Shown here in pieces: positions 1 to 11,154 of a DNA stretch of 24,416 nt. Numbering within the stretch: the first letter of the stretch is position 1; each line of letters opens with the position of its first letter. The notes below the pieces were generated by a model that saw only the letters and a list, made by a program, of their open reading frames with translations, had not been told where the DNA came from and did not search any database. A program made the position numbers and the translations under genes. Origin of the DNA: Vicugna vicugna (taxonomy: Eukaryota); the NCBI GenBank assembly GCA_013265495.1, contig MU058532.1:221902-246317 (forward strand), read 5' to 3'.

Positions 1-1384
1 CTATGAGCTATCACTGGGTTTCCTGAAGGAATGATTGTTCTTACAAACGTTTGAAATCTCATTTATGTTGAGACCGGCCTGTATACAGGGACTAGAGCAG
101 ACGATACAAGAGAAAGGTTTTCTTCCAGGTCACAGCTAGGTTGCCCCATCTCTGCCCTCAAGTTCCCTCTCATACCGCAGGCATGAACTTTAGACAAGCA
201 ACTGGCAACCAGGAATTCCAGGCATCTTTCATTTCTATGTGTCATCTTCATCGTGATCGTGGTGGTTTTGAAGGTGTTCACTCCAAGTATGTGGGCTTTG
301 CTATTTGTTTGGCCTGGAATCCCTCAGAGTCTCAGCAATAATTAAGGACCTCATTAACATGGTAAGTCCCCCTTGCCATAATCCAGCATTAGAAATGATG
401 GTCTGTCCTGGGGGAGGTGGTGGCAGGGTTCCCACTGGGGGCAATCGCTGGGCTCTGCAAAGTGACAGGCTGCGAGTGCTCTGCCTCCCCAGGGTCCTGG
501 GGTCTTTCTCAAAAAGCACAGAATCAAACTTTGGGAACTGCGGCTGGGAAATCAGAGAGGTTCTGTTTCCCTTCATCTTGACCTGAACTGCAGAAAGGCA
601 CAGGGAATTTAGGGCAGAGCCTGAAGTTGTCAAATGATGGATTGTCACCATATTCCAAAACAGGAATTTCTAAAGTGGGACAAAAGGGACTTCTCTGAAA
701 ACCAAGCTCCTGCTCTGGGGTCCTCGTAAAAGTAGCTGTGCCCATGTCCTTGGGAACAGCGCTACTGACATGGTGAATTCCCCTTCTTGGACAAGTGCCA
801 ATGAGCCCAGGCCTCCAAAGCAATTAACAAGCAAGCGCTTTTGAAGAAAATCATCCAGACTGCTCTGACCCTGCTTCCCAAACCCTGTCTGTGAGCTGAA
901 CACCATCAGCCACTGACCTGAGCACCTGGGGGTTCTGTCCCAACCGTCGGGCTGGGGATGTCACGGGACCTCACTAATTACAACCCTCCCATCCCTGCCT
1001 CCCTGCCAGGCACACAAAGCCACCAGGTACCTTCCCTGCCCCTACAGCACCTATTTTCCTAGCCTAGCTGATGGTGTTCAGCACAGTGTTTTTTCTTCCT
1101 TGAGTTTATTATGCCATGACTGCCTTGATGGGACAGTCCTCAGTGTTCACCTTGGCTCTTCCATACCATCCTTCAGGTCTCTGGACCACGTTTCAGCATC
1201 TCACCAGCGCCTCCAGGTAGGAGGAGGGATGGAAGGCGTCCTCAGCCAGAGGCGTCCTCAACCATCTGGCTACACCACACCACACCATTGATAGACACAG
1301 AGCTCTAATATTCTGACCGGAAATAACGCGTCCTTCAATAAAGGACAACTGACCACGTGAGGCCTGGAGTCTGTCTGCCCTGGG

Positions 1385-1558
1385 CTGGCATTCTGGCTCA
1401 GCCACTGGCAGCAAATGCCCTCGTAGCACCAGGCCTCAGCTTCCTCTTCTTGGAGAATGAGGTAGTGAGAGTTCTGATTGCACGAGGGTTACAGGAGAAG
1501 CCAATGAAGCAGTGCTCAGGAAACACATAGCACTGGGCAGAAGGTGCTCAGTAAGTAA
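1385..1558 (+). mobile_element. MIR SINE, degenerate
   Basis: MIR-core-like 'ggcctcagcttcctcttcttggagaatgagg' and 3' end 'gcagaaggtgctcagtaagta'. Confidence 0.6.
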
Positions 1559-2489
1559 TACCCAAGGATTTGAAGTCATTAATTCTAATTAGGCTTCCCC
1601 GTGTTAGTTGGAGTTTTCTGCACAATTTCCATGTCCTTGTCCTTACTGGTAGGTAAGGGATCGGTGTCCACCAAACACATGTGAACATCACCCAGACTGG
1701 TGTGAACATTACCCAAACTAGTCAGGGAGGAAATTCATTGTCACCATTTTCCTAAAACAGCCTAACAACCAGACAAATGGAGTTGAAAACAAATGGCATT
1801 GGTCCATCTGGAGGCCAGTCCCTCCTCCAAAAGATTCCTTTCTTGACTCTTAACATGTTGCATTTAGTCCAACACGGGCTCTGTGCACTGATTTTTGAGT
1901 AGCAATTGACTGAGTCACTGACTTACCAGAAGCTTCTCTTCCAACACAGGCCACTGAGCCCTGTGATGTCCTGCCCATGAAGTCACTCATTGCGTTAACC
2001 TGCAGTCAGCACCACCTTTAGGGCAGCAGGGAGATGAGAACACTTGCTAAGGGCCGCTCTCCATCACTCACCTTCGCCCTGCCCTGCTCAGCTCCCGAAA
2101 GTTTGTTCTCTTTGCTGCTCAGAACGGGTCACCCTGCCTCCACTTCAGGTGGTTGGGCAAAGGTAAGGATCTCTGAGTTTCTTCACTTAGGTATGTGGCC
2201 CAGGATGCCTGGGATGTGGCTTCTTCTGCCAGGAGATGTGCACAATTGTTTGTGGTTCCGAGGCTGGGGGAGCTGCCCTGAATGGGGATTTGACCTCAGT
2301 CTTTGGCATTTGACTACAAACCACACTGAACGAGGCCAGGCTGCAGGCAGCAGTTCTCTGCCAAGGGGTGCCTGGGGTGGATGTGCCCTGTTGGAGCCCT
2401 CATTGCTCCTGAGAACACCTGCTGCAGGGAGGCTCCCTTCAGAGGAAAGGGAGTCACAAATGTCCACCCCTCAGGGGGAAGGATGGGGA

Positions 2490-2705
2490 GGTAGAAAGAG
2501 GGCTTTGGAGTTGGACAGATTTGGGTTCTGGTCCTGGATCTTTGTCCTTAGGGGCTCAGACATTTCTCTAGTGCTCAGTTTCTTCCTCTGTATAGTGGTA
2601 ATAATAATGCCTGCTTCAAGGTCGTTGTGAGGATCAAATGAGAGCAAGTAAACCCAGCGCAGAGGAAGAGCCTGGAACAGAGGAGGTGTGGGGTGAGCAT
2701 GCAGC
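2490..2705 (+). mobile_element. MIR/MIRb SINE
   Basis: 'gggctttggagttggacagatttgggttc', core 'ctcagtttcttcctctgtatagtggtaataataatgcctgcttcaaggtcgttgtgaggatcaaatgag', and 'gagcctggaacagagg'. Confidence 0.8.
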
Positions 2706-3344
2706 ATAGCACCCCCCAAACAGCATCACATACAGGCCAGCATGCTGGACCAATGGCGGCTCTTTCAAGATAGCACACCTAGCAAGTGGTGCAGCTGACA
2801 GTAAACCCTACGCCATCAGGCATCCATGGTCCTCCAGCCAAACAACATGTTCCTGAGCCCCTCTCCCTTCCCCCAGGGCTCCATGTGCGGCCCTGAAGGC
2901 ACCAACAGGCATGCAGACCTGAAGCTTTCCCGGCCTCTGCCTGCCCCCTGCCTCTCTGCACCACACTCGATGATCTTCACAAAAGCAAAGTGCGGCACCA
3001 GCTGGAGCAAGTTGCTGCCACTCATCCCCCAAGGGCGCAAAAGGTTCCAAACATTCTGGCAGGCAAAGATCTGATTGCCATCCCCAAGTAGAGTATGTTT
3101 CTATGACAAAAACCAAAAGGAGCTGCTTGCTAATGGGCGAGGTGTCAGAGACGAGCTCTAAGTGCAGGACTAAGTGGTTTAAAGAAAGAGAGAAAGAGTG
3201 TGGCCATAAAGCCACAGTGGGACCAGGCCCCCGCAGGGCCGAGGGCTGGAGCTGGAGGCCGTGTCTCTGGTGGCGAACTGCCTCAGAGGGTGTTCGGGTT
3301 GGCAGACCTGGGAAAGGGGACAGGAGGCAGCTCTGGGAGCTGTC

Positions 3345-3590
3345 ATTCTCTCAGTCCCTGCACAGTGACTGAGTGCCTGATGCCCTCCTCGGGGCTAGGA
3401 ATAACCTCACGGGGAATGAGATCCCACGAGGCGTACGTTCTGGCTCAGGGTGGGCAGCATGCATCCAACGAGCACATTAATAAACAAGAAGGTGTTACAC
3501 TGTGGAAAACACTCTGCATGGGCTGTGCTGGGGATGGGGGCCGCTCAAGCTGGGCCAGAGGATTCCCTGGAGGAATCTGCTAAGGTTAAG
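3345..3590 (-). mobile_element. L2 LINE 3' end, degenerate
   Basis: 'gactgagtgcctgatgcc...gggctaggaata' and 'gggccagaggattccctggaggaa' resemble the reverse-complemented L2 3' tail. Confidence 0.5.
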
Positions 3591-4471
3591 CTGATCTATG
3601 GGAAAGCTGAAAGAAAATGAAGTGCAGTATACAGCAGGTACAAAAATTGTACTCACATAAACCCAGAATTCAACGTTCTAAGAGCTTTATGGCTCTGGAA
3701 GAAAACATAATAATATATATAACTTATCATTAATTTTTTTAAAGTTAATTAGTTTTCAGAAGCTCTTTCATAACTTCCAGGTGAGAGATCAACACTGCGT
3801 TCTACAACATTCTGCTGATGGGCTGTGTCCTAAAACGTACACAGCCAGGCAGCCCCCCTAAAGTTTCTTCTGTGACCCCATGAGTGTCAGTGGGTGTGAA
3901 GGACCCTGTGGACGAAGGCATGTGGAGACGGCCTGGTTAAAGAAAATCGCTCCAAATCAGAGATTATTTGGTAACAAGAAACACAAACCCACTTGGGAAG
4001 CTCAAGTAACGACTAATTTAATTTGAACAATCGGGGTGTCTTACAGTCCCCAAGGGCCAGAGGTGGTGCCGAGCCCACGAGGAATGAGATCTAGGAGTTG
4101 AAAGCCCTCCAGGACCAAGAACTCTCCTTCTCAGAGGCCACGTGGCTACAGTTTTTTTTTTTTTTAATTTAATGTGTTCACGATACTAGTTACCTGTGGG
4201 GTTGCTCTTTTATAGTTTTTGATCATGGTAAAATATATACATAACACAAAGTTTGTCATTTCACCATTCAAAATTCCAACACACCTGCTGTGTCCAGCTC
4301 TGATGCTTGCACTGTCTCTTCAAATTATGTTTTTGCCTGTTGGTATCCCACGCATCATCTTTGGCCTATTGTGTGGGCTCTGCTGTATTCTATTCTGTTC
4401 ATTTTCCAGTATAATTGGTGACTTGAAAAACAAAATTGCAATCAGATGCCCATCAGCCCCGTCTGTCTCCC

Positions 4472-4829
4472 TGTTATGAGCTCAATTTTGTCCGCCACAA
4501 GTTTACAACCCTCCGTACCTCCAAATATGACTGTATTTGGATATAGGGCCTTTAAAGAGGTAATTAAATTAAGATGGGGCTGTGAGGGTGGGCCCTAGTC
4601 CAATATGACTGGTGTCCTTATAAGAAGAGGAGATGAGAGCACAGATTAGCACAGAAGGAAGACTATGTAAAGACAAGCCTGCAAGCCAAGAAGAAAGACC
4701 CTCAGAGGAAACTGATGCTGCTGACGGCACCTTGACTTCAGACGCCCAGCCTCCAGAACCGTGAGACCATGGCCTGTCTAAGCCCCAGCCTGCGGTACTG
4801 AGCTATGGCAGCCCCAGCAAACTAACGCA
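4472..4829 (+). mobile_element. MaLR solo LTR (MLT1B-like) with 5-bp TSD
   Basis: TG...CA ends; diagnostic 'atgactgtatttggatatagggcctttaaagaggtaattaa', 'gactggtgtccttataagaagagg', 'cagcctccagaaccgtgaga', 'tatggcagccccagcaaactaacgca'; CTCCC at 4467-4471 and 4830-4834. Confidence 0.92.
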
Positions 4830-5534
4830 CTCCCCTTCAGTCAAACTCGGAAATCTGTCGTGTCTGTAAAGAATGGTTAAAATGTTTAAAAAGAAAGAAA
4901 TTTTATATCTATACCCATTTTCTTTTGGAACCTTATGACAATGCTGTGAGATATTAGCCCCGGTCTTCAGGTGGAGGGACTAAAGTTCAGGAGAGTGATG
5001 GTGTTGACCTCCTGTCCCTTTTATGAAGTAACCTCCACTGGTGTAAAAATTCTGGGTGTCTGTTCTCTGCACTTTGTCACCATGTGAGCACAGAACATGA
5101 ATGGAACTGTCCCACAAGGGTTCGATTCCTGCTGCCTCTTGTCCTCCACACTTTTGCCTGAATTCATACTTCTCACTGCTCATAAACCTGCACGTCAGCT
5201 GGAAATCTTTGCAATGATGGAACTAGAACACACATCCATAAGAGAGAGAGCTGAAGACTCCAGGCCGGCTCGCTCAGTGAGTGGGCAGGGAGTCGGAGCC
5301 GTGTCACTCGCAGAAATCCAAGTGTGAAATGTCAGATAGGAGCACTCAGGGATACTGGGGAGCGTGCTGTGGGCACCCTCAGAAGAAAGACCTGCCCAGG
5401 TATCAGTCTGCAGAGTGCCACTTACTGGATGCCCACCCACTCTGGGTGCTGGAAATTTAGACAGTCACTACTTGCATCATTCCGTTCAAGTGCTGTTCCC
5501 CACCCAGCCCAGGTTTTATACACGGTTGAAAAAA

Positions 5535-6187
5535 ACCCAGCTTTGTCAATGTATAACTAGCATAAAATAGGCTGCACATATTTAAAGGGCACAATTTGAT
5601 AAATTTCGTCCTTTGTGTGCACTAGTGAAACTCATCACAATGGAGATAATGAACACAGTCAAGTTTCCTTGTGCCCGTCGTATCCCTCCTTCTGGACCCC
5701 CCCATCTCACCCCCCCCCCAGCCCCACGCACTCCCAGCCCCCACCCCACCCAGGCAATCATTGATCCATTTTCTGTTACTATACTTTTGCATTTTCTAGA
5801 ATTTTACAGAAATGGAATTATACACTAGGCATTCTTTTTATCTGGCTTATTTCACTCAATATAATACTTTGACATTCACCTGTATTGTTGCATATATCAA
5901 CAATTTATGCCTTTCATTTCTGAGGAGGATTCCACTGTGTGGAATCACCATAATTCACTGACTCATTCATCTGTTGAAGGATGTTTGGGTTGTTTCCAGT
6001 TCAATGCAGCTGCTGAATGTCCGTGTGCAAGTCTCTGTGTGGACATGTTTTCACTCCTCTGGCATAAAGACCTAGAAATGGGATGGCTGGACCTGACAGT
6101 GGATGTACAGTTAACTTTTAAGAAACAGGCTATTTTCCAAAGCAGTGGGGGAGAGTTCCAGTTTCCTCCATATCCTTGCAACATCTG
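5535..6187 (-). mobile_element. Old L1M (L1MB/L1MC-type) 3' UTR, first part
   Basis: 'caggcaatcattgatccattttctgttactata...ttctagaattttacagaaatggaattatac' and 'cattcatctgttgaaggatgtttgggttgtttccagtt'; continues after 6927. Confidence 0.85.
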
Positions 6188-6926
6188 ATTTTTTTTAAAT
6201 TGAAGTTTAGTCGATTTACAATGTTGTGTTAATTTCTGGTGTACAGCATAGTGATTGATTTATACATATATATTCCTTTTTATATTGTTTTTCATTATAG
6301 GTCATTACACAGTATTAAATATAGTTCCCTGTGCTATAAAATATAAACTTGTTTATTTGTTTTAGATACAGTGATTAATATCTACAAATCCCAAACTCAA
6401 TTTTTCCCTCCCCATCCTCTTTTCCCCCGGTTAACCATAAGTTGGTTTTCTATGTATGTTAGTCTGTTACTGTTGCGTAAATAAGTTCATTTGTGTCATT
6501 TTTTTAGGTTCCACATATAAGTGAATCATATGGTATTTTTCTTTCTCTCTCTGACTTACTTCCCTTAGCATGGTGATCTCCAGGTCCATCCATGTTGCGG
6601 CAAATGGTGTTATTTTATTCTTTTTTATGGCTGAGTAGTGTTTCATTATATATATATACACACATATATACACATCATATTTTCTTTATCCAGTCATCTG
6701 TTGGTGGACATTTAGGTTGCTTCCATGTCTTGGCTATTGTAAATAGTATGCTATGAACTAAATGTAAATGCTGCTATGAACACTGGGATGCACGTATCTT
6801 TTCACATTAGCGTTCCCTCCAGATATATGCCCAGGAGGGGGATTGCTGGATCATAGGGTAAGTCTGTTTTCAGGTTTTTAAGGAATCGCCCTACTGTTTT
6901 TCATAATGGCTGCACCAAACTGCATT
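6188..6926 (-). mobile_element. Younger lineage-type L1, 5'-truncated (ORF2 C-terminus plus 3' UTR), nested in the older L1M
   Basis: T-rich tail 'ttttttttaaattgaagtttagtcgatttacaatgttgtg'; minus-strand ORF 6467-6673 gives HYSAIKKNKITPFAATWMDLE, an L1 ORF2 C-terminal motif. Confidence 0.92.
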
Positions 6927-7180
6927 CTGGTATGGTTCCTTTTTGAAATGTTAGCTACTCTCACTGCTGTTCAGCAATTTCTCATTGTGATTTTGATTTG
7001 CATTTCCCTAATGAAAATGATGCTGAGTGTCTTTTCATGTGCTATTTTGCCATCTGTGTATCTTCTTTGGTAAATCTTTTGCCTACTTAAAAAAAAATTG
7101 GATCATTTGTCTTCTGTAATTGACCTTTGAGTTCTTGATACATTCCCAGACCCAAGTCCTTGGTGCAGTGTGTGTTTCGC
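6927..7180 (-). mobile_element. Old L1M, continuation
   Basis: 'ctcattgtgattttgatttgcatttccctaatgaaaatgatgctgagtgtcttttcatgtgctattttgccatctgtgtatcttctttgg' resumes where 6187 stopped. Confidence 0.85.
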
Positions 7181-7767
7181 ATTCAATTTAGCATACTATG
7201 TAAACAAGGGAGGCTTATCGGGAATAGCTGAACCACACTCTGAAATATGCCTCGTTTATTCAGCTGCTGTCTTATATAGAAATTATGCATACAAAAGCTG
7301 CAAATGGCACACAGAGACGTAGCACTTCTAATCCCCCTTAATGGCGTCGGTGGGACTCTTAGGAAATCTCCCTGCCCTGCCCCGTCTTCATTTCTTGCCT
7401 CTTGTCCTCAGGGCTTTTTCGGTTTCTGCCTTTCCCCTCTGACCTGTTCCAGCACATTGGGCGGGCCACATGCAGGATCAGACAAACACGACAGTCACCA
7501 CGGTCTTTGTCCCAGAGTCTTCCTCAGCCCCCCTGCTGCACCGGCTCTTCCTTTCAGCTCCCGTCAAGAAGGAGATGCCTGGGGACTTTCTCCTCGCTTC
7601 TAGAGGGTGAGGAGCTTTCTAGATTCACTGACTTTAAGCAGGAAAAAGATCAGTGTCACGGTCGTGTGTTACCTTAGAGAATTTTCCCCCTGATTGGAAA
7701 ATAATCCTCCCCTTGCTTCCAAACGCCCCTTCCTGGAGGCCCCAGCAGGGAGGCGCTGCCAAAGTTT

Positions 7768-7788
7768 GGGGGGCGGGGGAGGGCGGGG
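7768..7788 (+). other. G-quadruplex-forming motif overlapping GC boxes
   Basis: GGGGGG-C-GGGGG-A-GGG-C-GGGG: four G-tracts with 1-nt loops; contains two GGGCGG. Confidence 0.6.
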
Positions 7789-7824
7789 TTGGCCCTCCCC
7801 TGGGAGCTGATGCGTTATATGCTC

Positions 7825-7972
7825 ATCATAGTCACTGTCTCTCTGCAGGGGACATAAACCCCATGAGAGCAGGCACTTTGCCTGTTTTGTTTGTAGTTCT
7901 GAGCTCGGCCCTTAGCCCAGGACCCAGTCCGTAGCAGGAGCACATGCCGGAAGGGTTGAATGAATGAATGAG
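7825..7972 (+). mobile_element. L2 LINE 3' end
   Basis: 'ccccatgagagcaggcactttgcctgttttgttt' and the (TGAA)n tail 'gttgaatgaatgaatga'. Confidence 0.85.
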
Positions 7973-8554
7973 TCTAGAGCAGTGACCAGGCTTAACCGGC
8001 AGGTGCAGGGCTGAAAACCAGAAGAATTCTCACTAAGACCACCCGGCTAGTAAGTAGAGAAATTGGGTGCAGACCCGGGTGTGTCTGGGACAAGCGGACC
8101 TTGCAATAGCGTGAGGTGGGCACTTCTCTGGAGGTGCTTCTGCTGGGCTCTGGAACCAAGAATGGGTCATCCACTTGACCAAAATGTCAGAGAGGCTTCT
8201 CAGAGAGGGGGTGCCGAGGGAAGGAGGGATTCAGGGACACAAAGCCAGGGAGAAGCGAACATCGCCCCAGAGCCAGAAGAGTGAGCGCTGCAGGGCCCGG
8301 GGCTGCCCTGACCTTGGTGAGCTGCCGTCTGCACCTGTCAATCCACCATGGTTCCTTCTCTTGCCCACGTATTTTCACTGGTGTCACCACCATTTCATGA
8401 GTTACAAAGTGAAAGTTGCTTTAAAACCTAAAGTAATGGAAAAATTGCAAATGATATTGAAAACATTTCTAAACTCATGAAAAAACTTAAGCTTAGTGTG
8501 ATGTTTAAAAATCCTTTAAACCTTACGTGTCCATTTTTTGCATGCCTAACTTCC

Positions 8555-8840
8555 CATGTCTCTCGTGTCTGGGACATTTTCCCTTGAATCTCACTGTCAT
8601 CTTTGCTCAATGCATATGAAACACGCCCCTTTCTGGGCACATCCCCCCTCCATCCTTGCCCACCTGCCCAAACCACAGCAGTTTCCTGATTGCCCTAAGT
8701 CTCTCCATCATGTCCACCCAGTCCCCCTAAACAGCCTGTTCATGGTGCCCTCTGCCATGCCATCTCCCTCCCCACTGACTATTCACTAGACCTGTCAATC
8801 ATCTCACAGACACACTGCTCTTTGGAAACTGTCCTTCCGC
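8555..8840 (+). mobile_element. L2-like fragment, degenerate
   Basis: Pyrimidine-rich; 'cctgttcatggtgccctctgccatgccatctccctcc' resembles L2 'tttgcacatgctgttccctctgcctggaa'. Confidence 0.4.
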
Positions 8841-8859
8841 TGTGAAATAGTAATTAGCC

Positions 8860-9540
8860 CTGAGCCCTGGGACTGGCCTTGCTAACAGTGTAGGGTGGCA
8901 GGGCCCCAGGAAACAAATCACCACCCAGTAAAGACAGACATACAGATTGTGATATTGCCCTCAGTGTAGCAAATAATAGAGGCAGTGAAAGATCGGGACA
9001 GGAGAACCAGGTTTGACTGGGTGGTGGGATCAGGGAAGACTTTTTTAAAGAAGTGACATTTGAGCTGACACTTGGACGACTTGTAGGAGCTGGCCTGGGA
9101 AGAACTAGAGAAGAGATGAGTAGAGCCGCCAGGTGGGGAGGGTTGGGCATCTACAGCAGATGACAGAATCGTGGGGGTTGGCGTGTCATCAATTAAGGGA
9201 CAAGGACAGACTGTGGGGTTATGGATCAAACTGCTGGAGGAAGGATGACCTGGAGCCAGGAGACCTTAGGAAGCTGTGGCAGTAAGTGTTCAAGAGCAGA
9301 GGTTGGACCCAGTGGAGCTTGGGAGGCAGCTGGATGAAATGTCTTCGAGGTACATTTAGGATGTGCTGTGGACTGGATGTGGGGGGAAGAAAATATATCA
9401 GGAGGGACACCAGATTTCCAACTGGTGAAAGGAGGCATTGTTTTCCAGGATCTGGAAGGGAAGGGGGGAGCACGTTTGTGGGGGGAGATCCCTGCTCAGT
9501 TTCAGGCAGGTAAACCTGCAGGCACCTTTCCAATCCTCCT
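8860..9540 (-). mobile_element. L2 LINE 3' region
   Basis: 'gatcagggaagacttttttaaagaagtgacatttgagctgacacttg', 'ggactggatgtggggggaag', 'gctcagtttcaggcaggtaaa'. Confidence 0.7.
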
Positions 9541-10479
9541 GTGATTTATTACAATCACATTTACAGCTTCCATCACCCATATGGCAGTGAAACCACCTTC
9601 CAGAGTTTGCATGTTTTCAGTCAAACAAGGTAAGGAGCACAAAGGAGCAGGGAATGTATCAGACAGTCCTGGTGTGGCTCCCACCATCAGGCACCGCTGT
9701 GCAGAGCATGTGTGCTGGGCTGGGAAGCACTAGCCGCCATGGCATCTGGGGAGAAACGAGTGGAAAACAGTGAGATGCAGTTTTTAGCCTTCAAATCATT
9801 GTGGAGTGGCAGGTAATTATGATTATTATTTTTCAGAGAAGGGAAATGCAGCTTCTGACCTCACTGTTTAATTCGCCCTGACGAAATTCCCTGAGCTTCG
9901 GCAGAATTTACACTAAGCAGCTGCTCGAAGTAAAGACCCTTGTGCTAATTAACTACCACCCCAGGATATTACAAAGAAAAAGTCATGGGCGACTTCCTCC
10001 CTAACCTGATCCTCACTCAAAATTCCCAAGCTATGTCTTTTGCAAATTGCTTGAATCTGCCGTTAAGCTAAGCAAATTTTATTCAGGTAAAACAAACCGC
10101 AGGAGTAATCAGGCCACACGTGAAGTGATGGGACAGTGGTGGCCCAAGCTGATCATGAGCTCACGGACTGTAGCTCCTCACTACCCAGAAGCTAGTCCGT
10201 GGTAGCAGGCACACACCTGGTCTCAGCCAGACCCCCGCGCAAGGTGCAGTGGGAAGGTCTACAGAACGTGGCATCTGCCCATGTCCCACAGCTGATGGAC
10301 TTCCAGGGGGAGCGTGTCCTCTAGCAGCTTCATTAGTCTCCCTCATGCCTCTGACACAGGAGGTTAGGGAGTCGGGGATGGTGGTGGTGGGGAAGAAAGC
10401 CCCCAAACCACCATTGCTGTCAAAGAAAGGGAAAGGAGATTGACATTTACTAATTTCCTGCCACGATTCGGTCTCCTTC

Positions 10480-10653
10480 ACACATGTCAGCCCCTGGGTG
10501 CCCGTTTCCTCCTCTATAAATCTGGATCATAACGGTATTCCTATGATGGGTTTGTTGTGTGAGGAGCAAATAGCTACAACATACAGAGCACATCAGAATT
10601 GGGGATCGCCCCTGGCACATCGGAAGCGCTCGCCGTGTGGACATTTTTATTAT
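10480..10653 (+). mobile_element. MIR SINE
   Basis: 'gtgcccgtttcctcctctataaatctggatcataac', 'gttgtgtgaggagcaaat', 'cctggcacatcggaagcgctc...ttttattat'. Confidence 0.7.
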
Positions 10654-10699
10654 GAGGACTCTCATCACCAGCCCCGTGATCATCACCACATTTCTCACC

Positions 10700-10748
10700 A
10701 TGGATTCTATTATGTTCATTTTGCAGATGAAGAGATTGAGGTTCGCAG
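10700..10748 (-). mobile_element. MIR core fragment; apparently resumes at about 11103-11132 after an LTR insertion
   Basis: 'cattttgcagatgaagagattgaggttc', then 'cacccagagtcacacag' after the MLT1. Confidence 0.6.
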
Positions 10749-10751
10749 CAC

Positions 10752-11102
10752 ACCCATCAGTGCTGGTTTTGTTATAATGCAGTAACAACTGCCAAGTCCA
10801 GGTGGCTGACCGGCACAGAAGGTTCTCACCCGTGTTACACACTGGCTACAGCTGGGTTCTCCAGGCTGAGGGAGCAGCCCTCGTCTGAGATGCCGCCCTC
10901 CCCATGGCACGGGTTAAAGAGGCAAGGACGGACCACACTTCTGCTCAGAGGAGGCTCATGTCACTTCCACTTACGTCTCACTGGCCAAACTCAGTCACCC
11001 TGACAAGTCTAATGGCAACGGGAAAAGCAGCAGAATCTTCCCCCAGGGACAGCTCCGCAGGGAAGGGCAGAAAGTATTTCAGCAGTCGCACGATCTACCA
11101 CC
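10752..11102 (-). mobile_element. MaLR LTR (MLT1I/J/L-like)
   Basis: 'gttataatgcagtaacaact', 'ccaggctgagggagcagccc', 'catgtcacttccacttacgtctcactggccaaactcagtcac', ending 'gatctacca'. Confidence 0.75.
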
Positions 11103-11154
11103 AGGAGTTCTGACATTCACCCAGAGTCACACAGATTTTTAAAAAGCTAGGATT

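Noticed and set aside
187..344. Hydrophobic + strand frame LSFLCVIFIVIVVVLKVF..., resembling a transmembrane helix
   Set aside because: Bounded by stops, with no start codon before the hydrophobic stretch, no convincing in-frame acceptor and no recognised homology.
1234..1264. 16-bp-period repeat AGGCGTCCTCA(G/A)CCA; likewise CTTGTTGGGTTTC x2 at 18993-19023
   Set aside because: Two-copy micro-duplications are common in mammalian DNA and there is no evidence of function.
5119..5129. Perfect Pol III B box GGTTCGATTCC
   Set aside because: No upstream A box or cloverleaf; an isolated motif.
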